Positions 12,901-21,900 of a stretch of DNA of 64,000 nt are shown here, in pieces. The notes under the pieces are model-generated. The model did not search any database. It worked only from the letters and a program-made list of their open reading frames with translations, and had not been told where the DNA came from. Position 1 is the first letter of the stretch; the number at the start of each line of letters is the position of its first letter. Made by a program: the position numbers and the translations under genes. This DNA is from Elusimicrobia bacterium RIFOXYA2_FULL_39_19 (GTDB taxonomy: Bacteria; Elusimicrobiota; Endomicrobiia; CG1-02-37-114; XYA2-FULL-39-19): positions 1,756 to 65,755 of the forward strand of contig MGVC01000014.1 in the NCBI GenBank assembly GCA_001800285.1, written 5' to 3'.

Positions 12901-15900
12901 CCAGTTTGCTGATTCGTTTATTACTGTTATGTTGCTTGTTGTAAAATTATCTGTTGAACGGATAATACCGTAACGGGTATAATCCGGGTTTCCGTTTTTA
13001 TACCAGTTAACAACTATGCTGAATGTAGTTACGTTATTTAAGTAAGAACCAGTTGCAGGGTTTGCCAATGTTGGTTTTGGGGTTGATATATCTGAAGGTG
13101 ATGATTGCTGGCCCTCCCTATTAACCGCTGTTACTCTTCCATAATAAGTAGTATTTACTGTAAGCCCTGTTATAGTAGTTGTACTTAAATAATTTACAGT
13201 AATGGAAGAATAATTTGTTGAAAAATCTGATGAAGTGGACACTTCTGTAATAAATACTGTATCTGGTGGATTAGCTACATCAGACCATACTATTTCAAGA
13301 GTATCAATTGAACTATTGCTTCCCCAGCCTGCTCCGCCGGGCATAGAACATAAAGTCGGTTTTGGAATTCCTGAATAAACATCAATTGATTTTTCGCTTC
13401 CTGCATGATTGCGTGCATAAAGTTTTCCATAATAAGATGTATTAGCCGTTAAACCGTTAAAACTTACAAAATTATCAGATTTAATTCCTGTTTTTTCCTG
13501 ATAAGACGACATATCAGAAGAAGTTGAAATTCTTCCAATGTAAACTGTATCATCCTGATTGTTTGTAGTATCACCGGTCCAATTAATTTGTATTGAAATT
13601 GCTGATACCCCGCTCCAGTTAGCAACATCCGGCGTTTCACAAGCTGATACTGCACTATTGCCTGATGCAACATTTGTTGTATTGCTTGGTATGCCTTCAC
13701 GGTTGATGGCACGAACCTGCATGAAATAAGTTGTATCAGGAACAAGGTTTGTTACTACTATGGTTCCGGAAGCTTTTGTACCCGTACTGGCTGTAACTGT
13801 TGAAAAATCTGCAGCTGTTGAAGCTTCAATGGAGTATAAGGTATCATCAGGATTTGATGAAGTATCAGTCTGGCTGATAGATATGTAATCTGAATTTATA
13901 ACTAAATAAGTAAAAGACCCTGCTGGCTGTTGGGTGTAAGTAGCTTTCCAGTTTTGTCCGGCAACGGAATAATACTGCTCATTGGCTTCACGGTTACGCG
14001 CAACCAGCCTGATGAAATAAGTTGTGTTTTCAGTTAAGGCTGTAACAGTTCCGGCCAAATCCAAACGCAGGCCAGAATATTGTTTTGTAATTGTGCTGAA
14101 GTTAGTGCTTGTGGCTGTCTGTACCAGATAAATTGTATTATCCGGGTTTGCCGGAACTTCAGATGTTCCCCAGTTTAAACCTATGGTTCCGGTAGATATA
14201 GTTCCATAGCTGGCAGCATCAGGTGCGGTGCAAAGGGTGGCCTTCCAGGTTTGAGGCAGCTGTGACAACACAGCAGAACCTGCCCAGTTGCGTGCTATTA
14301 ATCTGACGAAATAGGTTGTGTTTGGATTTAATGATGGTATTGTTACGTTTAAATCTGACCTCAGCCTTACAATTTCCGGTGAAGACAGGAACGAAAAACT
14401 TTCATCAGTTGAAGCCTGCAGTATGTACTGGGTATTATCCGGGTTTGCAGGAGATTCACCAGTTCCCCAGTTTACAATTATTGAATTATTGGTAACCGTG
14501 CCGTAACTGGTTATGTCCGGAGGCATGGCATCCGTTACTCTTAACGTGCCAACATCCGTTGAGTTGCCTACAGAAGCTCTGTTGTACGCTGTAACTTTTG
14601 CATAGTAAGATGTATTAGGTAAAATATTGTTTACTAACAACGTACTGCCGTTTCCGCCGCCGCTTCTGAAAGCAGAAGAACTGGTAACTACTGTTGAGAT
14701 ATCCGAAGAAGTACCGATGGTAACTATATAAACTGTATTATCAGGATTGCCTGTTGTGTCTGTCCAGTTTACTCTTAAGCTTGTAGCGCCTGACGAACCC
14801 CACGCCAAACCATTGGGCGCTTCACAAAGAGTGGCCTTACCATTACCTGAATCAAATGTGTTTTCAACCATAGTACCCATTCTGTTTGTGGCAATTAATT
14901 TTCCATAATAAGTTGTATTGATTAAAAGTCCTGTTACATTAAGAGTGCTGCTGGCTTTTGTACCTTCCTGTGTTTTTATGGTTGAGAAATCTGTTGATGA
15001 TGAAAGCACTGCGGTATAAATAGTATCTGCCGGGTTTGCTGTTGCATCCGCTGAAAAATCTACTATCATTGAATTTGACGCGGCCGTACCCCAGACAATA
15101 TTATCCGGCTGCTGGCATACGGTAGCGCTGGAATTTGGGATATTGTATATGGCTTCCACTCCGGCGCGGTTACGCGCTATCAGCCTGCCATAATATGTGG
15201 TATTAGGAGTCAAAGCTCCTACTCCCCAGCCTAATACAGATCTGGTTGTCTCGCCTTCTTTGGATATCGTGCTGAAATTTGCCGCAGTGGCTACCTGAAT
15301 AATATAAATCGTGCTTGAAGGATTTCCTGAGGCATCTCCATTCCAGTTAATATTATGCTGGACATCAGTGGTCAGGCTCCAGTTTGCGCTGGTAGGTGTT
15401 TCGCATAGAGTAACCCCGGTCCATACAAAGGTATAAGTGGTTAAAACATTATCATAATTTTTTGCGCTTATTCTAAACCAGTAAGTTGTGTTAATATTTA
15501 AACCGGTAAACATATAATAAGTGGTATTCTGCCAGGCACTGCTGTAATTATAAGGCCCGCCAATTGATTCTGATGAGGTTTCCGCAAGATATGAAGTTCC
15601 GGCTGGGTTGCTGTTTGTTGTCCAGTTAAGCATTATGGTGCCTGTAGTAATATCTGTTATGCCGTACAAACCAGGTACGTTACAAAGGGTATGGGTGCTT
15701 CCTAAGGGAGTATCAACCGTAGACATATTGTCTACGCTGACAGCTTTTACCTGGAAATAATATGTTACGTTTGGAGAGAGGGCGGCAAAATCTGCATAAT
15801 TGTTTTTTGTGATTGAAGATATTACTACCGGCCCGCCGATACTAATGCTTGAACATTCTGCCAGATAATTAGACCAGCCCGGGTTTGCCGGAGTACCCGT

Positions 15901-18900
15901 GAGCCAGTTTATTCTTAAAGCCTGGGATGTTATATTGCTTGCCGGACTTGGCGGCATACCGGGCACTGAGCAAAGAGTAGCTGTTGAAACCAGGTTAACC
16001 CAGCCCGTTTCTGTGTTTTCCAGGTTTCTTGCCTTGATGCGGAAATAATACTGGGTGTTTGGTACAAGAGTATTAGAAACTGTCCAGAATCCTGCGCCTG
16101 CTACCCAGCCGGTATTAACAGTGGCAGGTTGAAACCCGTATGAAACGGATGAACATTCCACGTAGTATTCTGTATACGGCGGGTTTGCACCGGTGGACCA
16201 ATAAACTGCCATGCTTGATACATAAACATTTGAAAATGAATAAACCGGCTGTTGCGCGTTAGTCCAGACAACTGATGAGCCCGATGAAGTTACCACACCG
16301 CCGGCATTTACCGCTGTTACATAGCACTGCCAGGAAGTATTGGGTGTAATATTTGTCTGTACCCAGCTTCCGTTAGAGCCGGTACCGCCTACTGCAGAAA
16401 TTGTATTTGTATCTGCAAGCATTATATAAGGAACAGAAGTGGCTGAATAAACCCTGAAACCAAGTTCGTTTGATGCATTATCTGTCCACTGCCAGGTGAT
16501 TGATGATGTATTAACCGCTGAAGCAATAAAGTTTACCGGTGATTGTACTTTTCCGCGCGCATTGCCGCCCATTGGGGCCGCCAGGCTTGCGCCTGTCCAA
16601 TGCGCCGCTTTAAGGTCAGAGTTGGTTACATCCAGATAAACTATATGCGCATCGCCATTACCATCTATTGAAAGCGAAGTATACTGCCCCGCATCATTTA
16701 ATGAATCAACCGTTGATATATCCCACTGTGATCCTGTAAATCTGGCAAACTTTAAATTACCTATACTGCTTTCATAATAGGCAATGACCGGGTTTTCAGA
16801 ACCGTCTAATGCAATAGATATATAACCGCCTACGTTTGAAGAATCAACAGTTGACACTGTCCAGGTACTGCCGGTGAATCTTGCATATTTGAGGTCATAA
16901 TTCACTGAATCCCAGTAAGCGATATGCGGATCACCTGAACCGCCTATTGCAAGAGCTGTGTATTGACCTACATTTCCATTGGCATCAATAGTGGAAGTGG
17001 ACCATTGCAAGCCATCATAGCTTGCATATTTCAGGTCACCGTCTGTTGAGAAGTAATGCGAAATATGGGCATTGCCCTGGGCATCAATTGCCAGGGAGCT
17101 ATTTGTACCGCAACTGTGTAAAGAATCTGCCGTGTGCGTTGACCAGTTTACACCATCGTATTTTGCAAATTTAAGATATTGGAAACCTACATAATCATGC
17201 CAGTATGAAATATTGGGGTTACCCTTTGGGTCAATGGCTATAGATGTCTGAGCACCGTTTATGTCCATAGAATCAATGGTATAAGTTGACCAGGCAACAC
17301 CATTATACTTTGCGTATTTCAAATCAAAATTGTCATCATCAACATAAGAGACATGCGGGTTATTATTAACATCAACGGCAATAGAAAAATAACTCTTTGA
17401 CATGCCCGGGTCAATTTCTACAGAGCCTCCCCAGGAAATACCGGTACGTTTATTATAAAACAGGGAGCCGGCAATATTTCTATAAACTGCGTGTATGTTA
17501 TTGCTTTTGTCAATTGCCTGAGACACGTACTGTCCCAGGGTTTGGCCGGCGCCGTCTACCGTCTCAAAAGTAAACGGTGAATTATATGCGTTTGGGGAAG
17601 AAGAAATCACAGACCAGTTGTTTGATTCATCTTTGGTCCAGACTCTGAAATAATATTCCGCATTAAGAGGAAGCGCTACGCTTACAGTAACTCTGGTGCC
17701 AGGGGTAACCGCTGAGGTTGAAAGAGAAACAGCAACAGAAGTTGACCAGGTTACGCCGGTCCAGGTGGAATATTGGATTCTGTATTCAGACCCTGAAGCC
17801 AGAGTATTAGAATACCCGTTATCCCCTGGTGTCATCCAGGAAAGTTTTATTGTATTGGCTGTACCGCTCTGGTATGCTTCCAGTGTTGTTATCTGACCGG
17901 GGGCCTGCGTATCTATATAAACGGTATATTTCACAGACGATATCTCTTCGTTGCCTATATCATCTGTGCCGAAAACATAAATTAAGTTTTCATTATCAGA
18001 CTGCCAGTCTACATTTTCAGATGATTTCCAAACGGTGTAATTGGGCTGGGCCGGATTGTCGGGTATACAGTCGCGCGTAGAAACCGTAACTATCCAGCTA
18101 ACCCCGTTCCAGTATTTATTTGTGGTATTATCAAAAATTACCATTTTCACAGAACCGGATTTTGCAAGGGAGGTTGATACGCCCACCATGTAGGCACCCG
18201 CAGTTATATCTGCCACGGTACCGCTGATAGTTGGCAGTGAATTTAAATAAGTGCCTGTAGGGAATGTCACAAAAGTTTCCGGAGCTTCGTTATCATAAAT
18301 GAAAGTATTTGAAGAAGTGCCGGCTGTAAAAACTGTCTGGTCATTTTCTGCATTATCTATTGCCATTGCAATGATGGTATATTCACTGCCGGTAGTTTTA
18401 TTTGCGTCACTAAAATTATAGGACCAGCTGGAACCCGCCAGTGAGAAATTAACTGGCTCTCCTGCAGTGGAGGTAGTAAGCCATATTTCCGCACCCCACC
18501 CGCTGCCTGTCCAGAACTGGCCGTCACTTCTTCTGATTTTTAAGTTTACAGTAGAAACCGTACCGGGTGATTTATCATTAAACGTTCCGGTGATTGATGC
18601 CAACTGTCCGCCCTTGTATGGCTGGGAATTCACAGGTATAGCAATAGTGGCCGTAGGCTTGGTAACATCGTAATAGAATGACGAAACCGGAGAAGTATCG
18701 CCATTATTGTTTGCCGCATCTATGGCACGAACAGCCAACTGTATCTGATGACCTTCGGGCCAGGTAATGCCGGAAGCATCATAAGTCCAAATTTCGTTGG
18801 TTGAGTTAAAGGTACCATCTTGCGCAGAAACATAAACCCAGGTAGAAAAATCAACCCAGGCAGAACCATTATAATAGGTAGCAGGATACACCAAGTCTTT

Positions 18901-21900
18901 TATTTCAAGCAGAACATCCTGAATTCTTACGTTATCAATAGAAGTTCCTGTTATGGAAGTAAGGGCTTTATAGGAAGCAGAATTTGCCGGATAGCTTACC
19001 AGAGCTATAGGCGTGCTGATATCAAACACAAAATTTGCAGTGGCATAAACGGTTGAATAATTGCTGGAACTATCTTTTGACCTGGCAACAGCCTGATAAC
19101 TAAAACCGCTTTCAAAAGAAATTACTGAACTATTAAAATCCCAGGCGCTATACGGCTGATTTACGTTATACCAGTTTGAACCAGAAGCGAAAGACGAACC
19201 ATTCCATTCATAACCATCTGCAACACGTACAAATTTAATTTCTGTCTGAGTTACAAGCACATTATCCTGCGCCTGGCCCTGGGTAGAGTTTAATTCTTTT
19301 GTGTAAGAATTATTTGCCGGCGTAGATATTGAAATTGTTGGCGGGGTAAGGTCTTTCTGGGTTTTTGTAGAAGTTGTTACTGAAAATACCGAATCAATGG
19401 AAACACCATTTTTAGCCCTGCCTCTAAAGTAATAATTAGTATCGCCGTCTAAACCATTAAACGTTGTAGTATTACCTGTAAAATTCAGGCCAAACGGTAT
19501 GGGCGTGGATATGTCATTAACAAAATTATCTGATGAAAAAGATATTTCATAAGGAGTTCCATCAGGATTACTATTTTTGCTCCAAGTAAAAGTAATTGAA
19601 GAAAATCCTATATAATTCCAAATCATTGCATCTAAATCCGGGGGGTTGGCAAGTGTATATTGTCCGTTTGAAGGAGCATCTTTTGTACCTAACGGATTGT
19701 ATGTCTGAACATATCTTGAATATGTAGTATTTGGCATGAGATTGGACTCAATAAAATATGTTGTGTTGGATTGAACTGTTCCAATAATACCGCCTGTAGA
19801 AGCAAATACTTTATAGAGCTGCTCATCATCTGCCATGTCAGTCCAGCCCCATTCAATTGAAGCAGCAGATTTTGCGGTTCCCATAAAACCAGCCGCTTGT
19901 GCAAGGATATCATGAATCCAAAACGTTACATTGTTAGGATCTTTTTCATAAGCTATGCCGAAATGCCCGCCGGCAGAATAGGGCATGGCTACATAACCCG
20001 GATATACAAGATTCGGCACATAAACATTTGAGCTTACTGTTGCATCAAAACTGAAATTCGGGAATGTATAGTTAGAAGTGCCGTTTTGCAGCAGAGTCAA
20101 TGCTGATTTGCCGTATTCGCAATTGGTGAATGTTACTGAACTAAAGGCCTGCAGGAAAGAACCGTCAGCTACCGTTATTCCCCTGGAATGGTCCAAGCTT
20201 AAAGCGGTTATGTTAACAGAACCGCCGTTTACGTCAAAGTTAAAATAATTTGTTGAAGCGGTGGAGGTGATAACATCAAGCAATGAATCCGTTTTTACTA
20301 AACCGCCGGGGTACACTGTCAACCCGTCGCCAAGTTCCACAATGCCGGAATTGGAATTTGTCATATCCAGCACACCGCTGTCATTTATATTTACCGGGCC
20401 TACTGCATTGAAAGTTCCTGTTTTTACGTTAAAATTACTGTTTATGTTGCTATATTGAATAACAGTGAGCTTATTGTTGAGCTCAATTTTACCGGAATTA
20501 AACTGAAAATATTTATTAGCCTTTACCGGTTGATTTATTACCAGTTCCTGGCCGGTATTTTTATTTACCTGCACTGAATCAAATACAATGGTTTTTATAC
20601 CGTTAACAGCTGAACTGCTTCCGGCAAACACAAAGGTAGAACCATAAACCGTAAAATCACCGTTTGTATCTAAAGAAACATTGCCGTTTGAAAGGGTTAC
20701 TTTTTTATTGGCAAAATCAAACCAGCCGGTGGTAACCAAAAGCTCTCCTGTAATTTCCAGGTCATTAACTGTGGATACGGCCCAGGTGGAAAGCGACTTA
20801 TTTATATACAGTGATTTTATAGAATAATTAGCGGGCAAATTAAGGCTGACATTATTTTCGTTAATAAAACAGAGGTTCTGGACGTTTAAAACACCCGGAT
20901 TTATCAAGGTAATATTTCCATCAACATTGGTGTTGTTTGAAGTCTGGCGGAAAACGCCGTTTGAAACTGTCAGACTGCCTGTAATATTAATATCCGAAAG
21001 GATAGTTACCGTGCTTTGGTTTACTTTATTTATTTCCAGATTTGAAAAAGTATTAGAGGAATTATTAATTGTCTGATTTCCATTTTTATCTAATATCCAG
21101 GTTCCATTATTTGCAAAAACACCATTCCCCCCTGAATTATTGATATCTCCCCTGAAACTTATAGTTGAGCCGTTTGTGTTTAACCAGCCATAATAAAAAT
21201 TCAGGTTTCCGTTAATTTGAATACGTTTATCCTGTAAAAAAACATTTCTCGTATTAGAAACATCATTGTCAATAAATAAACTATAAAAAGTTGTTCCGGG
21301 CAGGACATTTATGTTTTGATTGTAGAAACTCTTATTTGAAAAGCAGATAGTACTGGTATTTGCCGAAAACATTCCTGCGGTATAGGTTAAATTGCCCTTA
21401 ACTGTTATACTGCTGGCATTTATATTAAAAATTCCGGTACTGATATTTAAGTCATCAATTATGATATTTGTATTTATGTTAACATTTGATGAATAGCCGT
21501 CCTGAATAGAAAATGTGGAAAAGGCAACATTTGAAGGCAAGTCCCAGTCACAATATTTGGTTGGATTAATTGAACCAAAGATTACCGAATCCCCTGATGA
21601 AGGAACTATATCACCTACCCAGTTTAAATTATTGCTTGCAAAATTATCCGCCCCGCCCCCATCCCAGGTATGAACTGTCATATCGGCAGTATAAGTAGTA
21701 GCCGAATTTGAAAGTTCTGACCAATTACCGGCTTTATCCTGGGTCCAGGCTCTGAGATAATATGTAGTTTTTTCAAGCAGATTTGTTACTCTCCAAATCT
21801 GAGGTTCCCCAAAACTTACATTTGCAGTAGATATGGTTATCTGGGCGCTTGTTACGCTCCAGGTTAGGTTTGCGGTATAACTTGCATGCTGAATATTGAA

